Assembly (NCBI GenBank): GCA_964187785.1
Contig: OZ076409.1
Span: forward strand, 86,428,001-86,492,000
Length of the DNA stretch: 64,000 nt
Direction: 5' to 3'
Origin: Amphiscolops sp. MND2022
Lineage: Eukaryota
This document shows, in pieces, positions 46,063 to 57,780 of this stretch (the stretch's first letter is position 1; each line of letters opens with the position of its first letter). The translations under genes and the position numbers were made by a program. The notes beneath the pieces are model-generated. The model was not told where the DNA came from, made no database searches, and was given only the letters and a program-made list of their open reading frames with translations.

Positions 46063-48476
46063 CTACTTCACTTATAGTTGAAGTATATAGCTACTTGACT
46101 ATCTTGGCTCCATCCACTACTTGACTATTTTAGTTACTTGAACTGCACTTGCCAAAACTCCACCATGGCGCAGTTGGTTGTGCGTCTGCCTGGCAGACAC
46201 GAGGTCGTGGGGTTCGAACCCGGGCTGATGCGTCATCTTTTTAGCGGAAAATATCCCGGTGTTTAGCGGGCGTCCTGTTAACTTATTGGATAGCTTCGTA
46301 CAAGAAAGTGTCGTGGAGACTAGAGCAAATATTCAAAAACTTCCTTTGGCCAACCAAGGCTAATTTGAAGTCGATGGCGTCAACTGGCTAGGGTGCGAAA
46401 AATGTCGAACCTCGGATTGGCAGTTCGTGTATGGGTTACAGCTTCGATGATTTCAAATCTCCAAATGTAAATTTTCACTCAGTCCCTGGAGACTGCCAGA
46501 GTAATGATGACCAAAATTCACGAGATGAAGACAACATTAAGAAGAAATTCAGAATGAGGTCCAACTTTCGTCAACTGTCAAAGCAGTAAAGCCTAAAAAC
46601 CCTCAAGGTAAATTTTATTTGGATATTTTGAAATCCAAATATGACCCCCTCCCAAGTTAGCTGCGTTCTTCGCGAATTTCGGATTACTAAGCGGGAGAAA
46701 ATAAAACTCGGTGAATCATTGAGCATGCGGAAGAAGAGTTGGAATCGGCCATGAGAGTCTTGAGCTTTGAAGCCAAACAGCTCATCTTCCAGACGCTTGT
46801 GTGCCAACTGGTTAGACAACTAACCGGCTTGTGCTCCGGAATATTTTACTGAGAAATTTCTGGCTCTTCTTCCATCTACTTCACTTATAGTTAGCTACTT
46901 GACTATCTTGGCTCCATCCACTACTTGACTATTTTAGTTACTTGAACTGCACTTGCCAAAACTCCACCATGGCGCAGTTGGTTGTGCGTCTGCCTGGCAG
47001 ACACGAGGTCGTGGGGTTCGAACCCGGGCTGATGCGTCATCTTTTTAGCGGAAAATATCCCGGTGTTTAGCGGGCGTCCTGTTAACTTATTGGATAGCTT
47101 CGTACAAGAAAGTGTCGTGGAGACTAGAGCAAATATTCAAAAACTTCCTTTGGCCAACCAAGGCTAATTTGAAGTCGATGGCGTCAACTGGCTAGGGTGC
47201 GAAAAATGTCGAACCTCGGATTGGCAGTTCGTGTATGGGTTACAGCTTCGATGATTTCAAATCTCCAAATGTAAATTTTCACTCAGTCCCTGGAGACTGC
47301 CAGAGTAATGATGACCAAAATTCACGAGATGAAGACAACATTAAGAAGAAATTCAGAATGAGGTCCAACTTTCGTCAACTGTCAAAGCAGTAAAGCCTAA
47401 AAACCCTCAAGGTAAATTTTATTTGGATATTTTGAAATCCAAATATGACCCCCTCCCAAGTTAGCTGCGTTCTTCGCGAATTTCGGATTACTAAGCGGGA
47501 GAAAATAAAACTCGGTGAATCATTGAGCATGCGGAAGAAGAGTTGGAATCGGCCATGAGAGTCTTGAGCTTTGAAGCCAAACAGCTCATCTTCCAGACGC
47601 TTGTGTGCCAACTGGTTAGACAACTAACCGGCTTGTGCTCCGGAATATTTTACTGAGAAATTTCTGGCTCTTCTTCCATCTACTTCACTTATAGTTAGCT
47701 ACTTGACTATCTTGGCTCCATCCACTACTTGACTATTTTAGTTACTTGAACTGCACTTGCCAAATATCCACCATGGCGCAGTTGGTTGTGCGTCTGCCTG
47801 GCAGACACGAGGTCGTGGAGTTCGAACCCGGGCTGATGCGCCATCTTTTTAGCGGAAAATATCCCGGTGCTAAGCGGGCGTCCTGTTAACTTATTGGATA
47901 GTGTACAAGATTTCGTACAAGAAAGTGTCGTGGAGACAAGAGCAAATTTTCAAAAACTTCCCTTGGCCAAGCATGGCCAATTTGACGTCGATGGGGTCAA
48001 CTGGCTAGGGTGCGAAAAATGTCGAACCTCGGTTCACGGTTCGTGTATGGGTTACAGCGTCGATGATTTCAAATCGCCAAATGTTATTTTAACTCAGTTC
48101 CTGGAGACTGCCAGAGAAGTGACCAAAATTCACGAGATGAAGACCACATTAGGAAGAAATTGAGAAAGACGTCCACCTTCCGTCAACTGTCAAAGCAGTA
48201 AAGCCTAAAAATCCTCAAGGTAAATTGTATTTGGATGTTTTGAAATCCAAATATGACCCAAGTGAGCTGCGTTCTTCGTGGATTTTGGAATACAAAGCGG
48301 GAGAAAATAAAAACCGCAGGTGAATCATTGAGCATGAGGAAGAAGTTGGAATCGGCCATGAGAGTCTTGAGCTTTGAAGCCAAAGAGCTCCTCTTCCAGA
48401 CGCTTGTGTGCCACCCAGTTAGACAACTGACCGGCTTGTGCTCCGGAATATTTTACTGAGAAATTTCTGGCTCTTG
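46063..48476 (+). repeat. Tandem array of three 804-bp units, each a spacer plus a tRNA-headed SINE-like element
   Basis: Heads CACCATGGCGCAGTTGGTT...GGTTCGAACC at 46161, 46965 and 47769 (804-bp spacing). Units 1 and 2 appear identical; the body of unit 3 is clearly diverged. Confidence 0.9.
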
Positions 48477-48479
48477 CCG

Positions 48480-49400
48480 AGCCCCGCTCCGATGTACGAA
48501 ACATCCTCGAAATTCGAAGAACCAATTTCTCAAGATATCTTTGATCCCCAGTTCGAAAATGGCCAGTTCACGAAGCAGAAGATATTAAACATTCATAGCC
48601 AACTACCTGCGAATGAGAGCAAAACACGTCGATCTGCTCCAATCCTGTTCCGCGATGTCAGCGATAATATCTCAGCATATCCTACAGATCTTCAAAAAGT
48701 GTTGCAAAGCTCAGTCTTCGCTTGTTTAGAAAAAAGCTATTGTGAGTTTTGACCAATAGAACCAATCTAATTAATATGCATACCATCAGAAATATTCGAG
48801 CGAATACTGTTCAAGCGTTTGATCCTGCAAGTCAAACCCTGTCGGCATCAAGGTCAATGTGGATTTGTGCCCTGCCGATCCACAAAGCTACAACTGTTTA
48901 TGCTCCCGTAAATATACCCTGGGTTGGAGAACAATTTGTGCGTCGATGTTATGCTGATTTCAGTGAAGCCTTCGACTACTTTGATCACGGAATTTCGCCC
49001 CGAAAAATTGACCGGTTTCACATTGAGGGAATACTTGCGGAGACAGCTTCATCTTCAGATGGTCTCAAAGGAACCGCGTTAACGAAAGTCTGTTTCCAAA
49101 ATGAGATTCGAAAGCGGAGTATCCCAGGGATCTCTGGTTGGACCTTCAATGTTCCTCAGATAGATAATTGTTACTAAAGCTAATAGGACTGAATCGAAGA
49201 GCTTAGCAATCAGCGCTAGATGAAGTCTACACATGGATACAGTACAGCAAATAGCTTTCAAATTTTGACAAGTGCTCTTTTTTGACGTTCAAGGGTGATA
49301 TGGAGACTTTTTATCTGGAAAACGACCCTCTAGAAAATGATCCCCGATTGATTCTACAAAACGACCAGAAATGAAACCATTATATGGACAAAGCTGGTTC
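48480..49400 (+). mobile_element. Highly degenerate LINE RT fragment
   Basis: YADFSEAFDYFDHGI and SIPGISGWTF resemble RT domains 3-4 (YxDFxKAFDxVxH; GVPQGSxLGP). Confidence 0.55.
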
Positions 49401-50221
49401 GAAAGGATTCAACTTTTTTTAGTATGAGCAAGCGTAATGTTTCAATCACTTCCGAAACTAGATCTCTACGAAGCATGATTGTTCCTAAAATTTTATTATG
49501 CTATCTATTGAGGAGTTTTTGTATGTCTTCAGACAACTGGAAAATTTGCAGAAAAGTCGTTCAATAATCTTGGGGAAAAACTATCTTGTATAGACTCAAA
49601 CTTTTATGGCTGACAATGTATCTACACCTGAACGACTTCTTCGTGCTTTCGAAACTGATACGAAGTCCTACCGCATTGATGATTTGAGACTGCCGGAAAT
49701 GATTTTCTTTGTCCGCGGAGTATTGAAATGCCCAACAAATTCCAAATACAGGAGGCTTTCTCTCAGAGAACCACGAGAGTAGTGAACTTCTTAAAGCGAA
49801 CATCTTGGATTGCGTTCAGCAAAGCCTGAAACACCAGCAACTGCAATTATTTTGAAAGAATTTTGTAGACTTCGATGAAAATCTGTTCATGGAGAATTGT
49901 ATGCGACTGTCTTAGAAAAATTACCGGAACAAGTGGAATCAATCACAGTATCATGTGTCGTGTGCAGACCCCTACTACCTGAAAAGCTGACAGCATTGGT
50001 GAATGATGCATAGTATCGCGTGTCGTGTGCCATGTCCTAATCCACTGACAACTTGCCAATGGTAAGAAACGGCAGGCAGCTTCCAGAGAGAATACTTACC
50101 ACGTGATTGAGTGACTGTGACGGTGTGAGAAGCCCCTTGCGGATTTTCATAGAAGCCCTACTACTAGTAGTAGTAGCTTGGAACTTCGATATTGACTTAC
50201 ATTCTTCTCGATTACTCTAAT

Positions 50222-50623
50222 GGGGATGGTTCAAATCGTAGAATATTCAAAGCGTCGAAAGCAGTTTACACGCAGTAAATACTGCGCGTCATAGTCACGT
50301 GACCAAACTTTCATTCAATGAACCAATCAAATTCAGTGAAATGAATACAGCACAAGCGACGAACTAATTACGATAACGTAGTCAGCTATGTCCACATACT
50401 CCTAGTGCCCTAAATGCAGAAGCGAAGCGGAGCGACGTGCCATTTGACCATGCCTCAATGTTGCTACTTGGCGAAGGGAGCGAAGCGACCAAGCCATACA
50501 ACAAATATGCTAACCTCTTCAAATTATAACCTGAAAATAATCGCTGCTACGGAATTCTTTCGACGCTTTTAATAGCTTTGATTTTTTCGACGGTTTGAAT
50601 ATTCTACGATTTGAATAGTCACC
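50222..50623. mobile_element. 402-bp Mutator-like MITE carrying cassette A
   Basis: Inverted repeat TTCAAATCGTAGAATATTCAAA(G/C)CGTCGAAA; perfect 9-bp TSD TACTCTAAT at 50213-50221 and 50624-50632. Confidence 0.85.
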
Positions 50624-53600
50624 TACTCTAATAAATAGTATGCATTAACTAAGAAGTCAAAGTTTGTCCGAGTCAGCTTTCGTTTGGTAGCTTTTTTAGG
50701 TGAGTGCAAACACAGTGTCGTTGATTTAGAGAAGCCAATCAATTTTATTATCACGCTTGACAGCATTAAGTACATATAACCTCAGTTTTTCCCGGCTTAA
50801 GTTTTTGGTTCTGTAGAATATTTACTTTATGCTTGCATTGATGCCAAATTTGATATGCCGAGATTGAACGAATGCACATGAATTAAATGATAACACCATC
50901 GCAGATACCTACCTGCGTCCTTTGGAGTGTATAGCTATAAAATTTTGCTTTCCGTGTAACTCCCTGAGGTTCTTTGCTATGTTCATTTTTCCTTGGTCTA
51001 AATTGCTAATATAAAGACGGTCAGAATTTCCACTCATCAATCCTGTTACTTGGTTGATTGAATTCACTGAATAAATTCATCTTTTTGCTTTAAAAAACGT
51101 CTGATTTGAGGCAATGCAGGAGATTATTCTCATTACGATGCTTAAAACTCTATTAAGTAGACAGACTGTACGCTAATATGGATTCACTTTTTGCACGAAC
51201 CAAGGCTTCATTTTTCTTTGAAGCGTTCGGCTTTTTAGCCTTCATCTTTTTCTTCCCAAATGCAAAGAGAATAAAGCCTTCTAATTGGCGCAGCTGGTCC
51301 CAGTTAACCTTTACTTAATGAATTATATTGCACATCACAGTGGTGCTCAATTCTAACCATTCCCATACTGCTTCCTACTGTTTTCACTGTCACCAAGTAC
51401 ACTAGCGGCACCTAGACTGCTGACTATTCTCACTTGAATCTTCCTCCACCAGTATACCGAATGATCAGTCTGCTTCTAAAAGTGCTATTATTGTGGCCAA
51501 TTGTATTGACCATTGAACCATCCAATGCTTTTGTTTTCTACTTCTGACATTTTTAGTATCGTCGATTATAACTTCACGTCCGCCCATATCGCTTGTCTCA
51601 ATGCAGTACTTAAAGAAACTATTTCTTTATCCTTGGAGCCTTCGTTGTGTGTTATGGCGTAGTTTTATTTCGGTGCCGCCTTTCATTTTAAACTAGCTTC
51701 TTGCTACTAGAGTGGTACTGTTTTTATTCATAATCGCAAGCTTTTGCTCTTATTGTTCTTAGGATTAGTCTATTTTCCCATAAAACTGACACTGAATTTT
51801 ACAAGGCTTGCATGAGTTTTTCTAGTTCCTAAACCAGAAAGTGCGCCAATTTTCGATGTAACTTTTTTCTACTTATTGGATGGAGAAAGTACCACATAGA
51901 TTTTTTTCGAAACAGCGGAAAGAAATGTTGGGTTAATTAATTCAGCACTCAAAATTAATCAAAATAGGTCACAAAATTAACTCAGCACTGTGAAGCCATA
52001 TAGTAGTATCATGATATCTACATTTTGTTGCTTTTTTACAGATTGTTATAGTGAGCGATTCCATTTCTTGATCAAGTTCCTGCTTAAAACAAATACCCAA
52101 GCTTTCACAGCTGTCCGGAATGTGAATTGCATTTGCCTTGGTGCTTAGTTTGGTTTGACATATGCTTCTCCGTGTGATTTTTTTTAATTGTTTGACCAGT
52201 GAAGAAATTTTCGCTTTCAAATGAAGAAATTTGAAGAACCTGTATTGGCCGCAAGGGTGTTTTTAACTTCCCCAATTTAGTCTTCTGAAGTACGGATGCA
52301 ACTTATCTGTAAAGGGTCGATTTTCCTGACTTCCATAGCAACCTTCATAAAAAGACCGACCTATAGCTAAATTGAGAAGCAGTCTGTTCTCCTAGGAATT
52401 GTGCTCTTGACGCAGATGTGTAGAAGACACGTAAGGGTCATTTCATTGATGGTGTCAATTTTGGGTGTTTTTCAACACTGGGGAGCCTTCACTGTTGGAA
52501 TATCGGGGCAGCTCGCTACTGTCACTGGTTTTGTTCCGCTGTCACTTTCGTTCGATATTCTACGCATGTTATCCGGACATAAGGATCCACTCATTTGGTT
52601 TTCCATCACTTCTCATGTCTTCAATCTCATTTCTCCAAGCTCTCCTCTAATTGGTTCCTTTTGTCTTTCATTTTCCTCATTGTGTGCCGCACGGCTTCTA
52701 GGTGTTAAATTTGGAGTTGATTTTCAAGGCACGTATGACAATGTTATATTGTTTGAGTTTCTAATTGTCGTTGCTCCCCACGCTTCTCCCACTTTATATA
52801 GATACACCTTCGTACCTCCTCCATTGTATATGACTGTGACGCTTCCTACGCAAAAATATACATTTTGAAAATCTGCATTGAAAAATCTCATCGCTGTCAT
52901 CTTTCCCTTCATTCTATTACATGATTGCTGTTTTCTAAATGAACGTGTTTCTTAACGTCAGTTTTCGGGTATACATCTTCGATTTTATTCTTATTATGCA
53001 AGCAATTGCTGCTTCGAGCCCGAATTTCATCAGCACTTCGTGGTTTTTCTCTGTTAGGAATTAAACTTCCCAACCTACGTTCAACTGTTCAACGTAGCTC
53101 CGAATTTAGCGAATGGCGGCGATAATTAAGTGTGGGCGTTTTGAACAAGTGGTGGAAGAACAAGTGTTATAAATTGATCTTAAATGGGGCATTTACTAGT
53201 GGAAATGCGAATTGTTGCGTTATACTCAACTATTTTTATTGATCTTTTCACAATTACACAACAATTTGCCTAGTATTTACTTCCGTATAACCAAATTTAC
53301 TCCCCAAATCGTAAGCAAATTAGGAAACACTAAGGTTTTTAATCTTTACGGAAGAGTCGCTTCAATTCAATCGTTTGATCCTAGATCGAATTTAGTTTGG
53401 TATGTTTAGCTCTGATTTTTGGTCTGCGAAATCACATGTCGACTATAATAATGGTGGCTTCTTAGGATACCAGCTTGCTTCTATGCAGAAACTTTTGTTT
53501 CTAAATTGAAATATACTAACATATAACGTAAAATATATCGGACGTAACGTTTAGAACTTGGTTATAGCGCATTCCGTACAGTCAAAATTTTGTTATCTTG

Positions 53601-56013
53601 TTTGACTCACGAAACTAAAAAACAAGAAAGGTAGTTTAATTTCTTTGGAAATTTTCTTGGTTCAGAAATTTTGTTCGATTGTTTCTTGTGCAGCCATTGC
53701 TATGCTTCAGGTAATACTGTAGTTGCAATTTATTTAGCAATATTTTACCACGAGTGATTATCATTTGATTGCCAATATTGAGTATTTACAAAGTCCACTT
53801 TTTCAATTTCGGAAATGTAGGCCACCATTTTATGCTATCGTGTTGATAAGGCTGTTTCGTAAGCATAAAACATGATAAACACGGTACATTCAATTAAATA
53901 AGAAATCTTCTGATATGAATATCTTGAGTGTTGCGTTTACCAGACAAATCGGTGCCTGGAAACCACCCACCGCAGCTATAGCCTGTTTCTATTTTTTTCT
54001 GCTGAGCTTTTGTACATTGGATCGTTATATGAAAATGTCAATTGCAGATTTTCATCTAAATTAATGCTCTTTTCGCATTAATTGAATTTTTAAGCAACGC
54101 TGACTTCTCGTGACTTGATGAGTTTTTGCCCATGAGTGTCACTACACTATGGAAAGCCAGTTTTTAGCAACTAAGCAACCGAGTTTTCTCCGCCCGTATC
54201 CCATATTTGCTCGTAGTGGTTTTTCGGCGGATGCCAATTAGAATTAAATGAAGAGCTTTTTGCTAACTTGCGTGATTGTAGATAATCCTTAGTCAAGCTT
54301 GGCTCTGATTGCTACAGCTTTTTCAAAATTCTTCATCAGTTGTTCGTTTAGAACGACCCGGCCACTTAACGTTGAAGCGTTGTTTGAAAGTGTTGTCTCG
54401 ACTGATCCGTATGTTGCATTATTGCGTTTCTCTCGATTGTCTAGGCTTCCATTATCGACTGTTTTCTTTATCAATCCTGCTTTTTATACTGTTATTCTGT
54501 AACATTGAGCCATTCTATCGAGGCGGGCGCTACAGCGAGACTTGTTTTCAGGAAACATTCACCTTGTGCGTTGCAGATGATGGCAAATTCCAATGCAAAA
54601 TGTTGGAATCAAGTTCATAAAAGACTGCCATTGTTGCCTTTATTTTCCGTTTCTTTAGTAGCTACAATTCAGTATGACGTAATATACAATGCAAATGTGA
54701 TAGGGGTGAATCTTTAAGAGGGAGCTGAATACATTAGGATAGGAAAAAGTTATGCTACGTGACATTTCATTTTGGTGTTTGAACCTGCAAGTCGTTACCC
54801 GTTGACTTTTTTCTGTAACTGTTACAAGTACCAGGTATGTATATGCACCTGGGCTGATGAATTTATACTGCTAAAAGTCTATAAAAACCTTCAATTCAGC
54901 TGGCTTCATTGTTCTTTATCAAATGAAGTCAACAAGTCTTGTTAGCTCAGTCAACTTTTTCTGACTTGAACGCGTAACGTGAGCTTTAAAAAGCTTGCAC
55001 GACCTCTTCTGGGTTAGTTGGCGGTTGCGAAGGTACGGAATTTTAATGAAGAATTCGGGTCATCAATTGACATAAAGGTTGTATTTCAAGCGACTTAGAG
55101 GGGATGCGAGAAACACCAAAAAATTAATAGGTCGGCGTCCTTTTTCCCTGGAAGCAAGTTGACGTTCGAGTGTAGCTACGGAGGCGTCTTTATCAGCTTT
55201 ATTTTACACATTGACTCAGGGTTGGCGGTAATTTCCTTTTCTAAATTAATGCTTTCCATTCTATACATCTAGACTCTATTTAAATACGTAAGTTTGCGAA
55301 TTATATTGCCAATTTACCTATGGCATTGAATATGCGATATTGGGAATTTCAATAAGTGCGGACTGCTCTCACTGTGGACTGTGTTGAAATGAAATTATCG
55401 CATGTCGTTATATACACCACTCATGCCCTTGCTTACCAATACCTAATTGCCTCCGTTCTGTATGTTGTGCCTCGTTGCCCATTACGTCATAAGTGATCAT
55501 GGTAGTTATCGCTTGAAGATGTTCCCTCTCTCCATATGCCTGCAAATTTGCCGCTAGCCATTTACCAAATTAACGCTACGTCTACATTTGCGATGCAAAA
55601 TGTTATTACAGTTTCCCCGTGTTCCTTCCCACCACTCATATTCAGTGTGTGGGTTTTGAAGACAGTTTTTGCATTTTAAAACATTCATAATTATAATTCT
55701 TGCTGCAATCCCGGAAGCTACTGAACAGCTCCGAGATTATGCGCTTTTTACTAGGGTATTTTATTACATACCATGTCACTTGTTTTCCGCTTACAGACTG
55801 GAACGGAGGCATTTATTTGTTAATAGCGAACGAAATTCGAGAAAGTTGTTCAAACTAGAACGTGATAACTAACAGGAAGTGGTTACTTTATAAGCTTGTC
55901 TTTCTTCTTGAGTTCAGCAAATAGTATTTGAGCATTGATTATTACAGCATTCAATAATTTATTTGATTGAACCAAACGAGAGCTGCGACTGCTGCTGCTA
56001 AGTAATTCAAGTC

Positions 56014-57780
56014 ATGTCCACTACTAGTAGTGTTACCTTGTGCCCAACAATCCTTATCGATCAGCCCCCGCCGCCCGCTGATGGCGAAATGAGTGTTGCC
56101 AGCTCTGCATCTGTTATTGCGACAAGGCCAGTGTTTGTTGATGGTTGTTGCATTGAAAAGCCCAACAATGTTTGTGCTTCTAGTCAACCAACCGGTGATA
56201 AGCAGGAAAAGAAATCTAAAAAATTCCTGTCTGCCCCCGAGTTGAATTTGTTTCGCCTGCGACGCCGACGTCATTCATCGTCGGATACGACGGCGATAGC
56301 ATCAAATGACGCGTCATTTTCGTCCACTCTTTCAATCTCACCGTCCACTGCTGGTCAGTCCTCCAGCAGTCTTGTGGCCATGTTTCCAACCAGAAGACTT
56401 TCATCTGGCGAAGCCTCCACGTCAAGTTACCTCCAACATAATCATCGCCCTAGAAGTGCCACTACACTCAGTATTTCTAATGTTTTCAAAAAATCTAAAT
56501 CTAAAACAGTTTTAGATGAGAGAGATAATGGTTCGCTGTTGTCTCATTCCACGTCTATGTATCAGCAGAGCGGAGACGACCACAGACGGAAAAACAGCAG
56601 CGACCAGACCAATGCCACAGCAAAGCCAGCTAGGAGTAGAAAATATTCCAGCAGCAAGCGAGAATTCCCTCCGGTTTCTTTGCCAGCGAATCCAGCAGCT
56701 TCTGCAGACCAAGAATGTACCACCGCAGAAAATGTTTCCATCATCTTTACTGACTATTCCCTCGTTGAGCCGGCGACAGGTTTCGTTGACAGTTGCAATA
56801 CAAAGAAAGAATTGTGTCAAAAAATGCCACCCACTAATGTCGAGCCCTCAGTTTCAATAACATCTCTTCAGGAAACCGATCTGTACACCGACGATGATTA
56901 CGATGACCTTATTGACAAACAGTATTCAACAACATTAGACAATACAGAGTTTGAATCAACAATGGTGGAAGGTTTTGTTGATGATGAAAACAAAGCCAAC
57001 TCGTCAGGTCAACGTAACAAGAAGCGAACTCTATCATTATCCGTGCCATCAACCAAAGATTTGTTGAAGAACCCAACTCGTTCTCTGACCGAGAACTTTG
57101 CGAATTTGAGAAATCGACTTCAGGGTTTCAGTAGCGAAGGTGCAACTCAAACTTACACAAGCCGACATGTTTCGCAACTCAATGTGAGTAGTCAGCCAAA
57201 AAATAGACAAATAAAACAGTCTCAGACATTATCGAATTTCATCTCATCTAAACATGATTCTAATTTCTTATCAAATGGATGTTACGTCATTCAATCATCA
57301 AAACGTTCATTTTTGTTCAGCTCTGCAGCCAAATATACATCTTTACCAATGGTCACTTGCAAATGTATCATAGCATCTGATGCAGATAAACACGGCAAAG
57401 CTATTTTTGAGAGACTCAAATCAATCAAAAGCAATGCACATAAAGGATCGGATGGCACTGCTGAGTCATCGATGGGAGACGTCATAGGAGAGGTTGTGTA
57501 TGATACCACGAGCATGGGCTTCATGAGAGCAGCCACGACGAGAGTGATGAAACTGTCTGACGCCGTCGACCTCATGAATGTGTTGGAACCCGCTGTGAAT
57601 AATGTCTTGTTTTTCTCCTTCTTGGGGTGCTATGGCCATGGTTTGACTTTTGTGCCAAGCAAACGAAATCTTGAGAAGCTGCTGTTGCAATTGGAGATAC
57701 CATATGATGACGATGAACTTGATGACAAGGACTCACGACGCATTTTATACAATCTAGTCGTTCTCCGGTTAGTAGTTTAA
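56014..57780 (+). CDS. Host protein-coding ORF or large exon, 588 aa; Ser/Thr-rich disordered N-terminus and folded-looking C-terminus
   Basis: 1767-bp uninterrupted ORF with ATG start and no transposon motifs. A possible GTTAGT donor at about 57767 means the true C-terminus may be spliced. Confidence 0.75.
   Translation: MSTTSSVTLCPTILIDQPPPPADGEMSVASSASVIATRPVFVDGCCIEKPNNVCASSQPTGDKQEKKSKKFLSAPELNLFRLRRRRHSSSDTTAIASNDASFSSTLSISPSTAGQSSSSLVAMFPTRRLSSGEASTSSYLQHNHRPRSATTLSISNVFKKSKSKTVLDERDNGSLLSHSTSMYQQSGDDHRRKNSSDQTNATAKPARSRKYSSSKREFPPVSLPANPAASADQECTTAENVSIIFTDYSLVEPATGFVDSCNTKKELCQKMPPTNVEPSVSITSLQETDLYTDDDYDDLIDKQYSTTLDNTEFESTMVEGFVDDENKANSSGQRNKKRTLSLSVPSTKDLLKNPTRSLTENFANLRNRLQGFSSEGATQTYTSRHVSQLNVSSQPKNRQIKQSQTLSNFISSKHDSNFLSNGCYVIQSSKRSFLFSSAAKYTSLPMVTCKCIIASDADKHGKAIFERLKSIKSNAHKGSDGTAESSMGDVIGEVVYDTTSMGFMRAATTRVMKLSDAVDLMNVLEPAVNNVLFFSFLGCYGHGLTFVPSKRNLEKLLLQLEIPYDDDELDDKDSRRILYNLVVLRLVV

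Noticed and set aside
50157-50172. Palindrome CTACTACTAGTAGTAG
   Set aside because: A low-complexity (CTA)/(TAG) junction with no further structure.
49560-52920. Possible additional LINE relics on the minus strand (RT-like near 49.6-49.9 kb, endonuclease-like near 51.9-52.4 kb) and ORF 52401-52868
   Set aside because: Motifs are too decayed to support a call by eye.
53114-54720. Possible first exon ATGGCGGCG (about 53114) and short coding-like ORFs at 54289-54717
   Set aside because: No reliable splice path or recognisable protein; needs RNA evidence.
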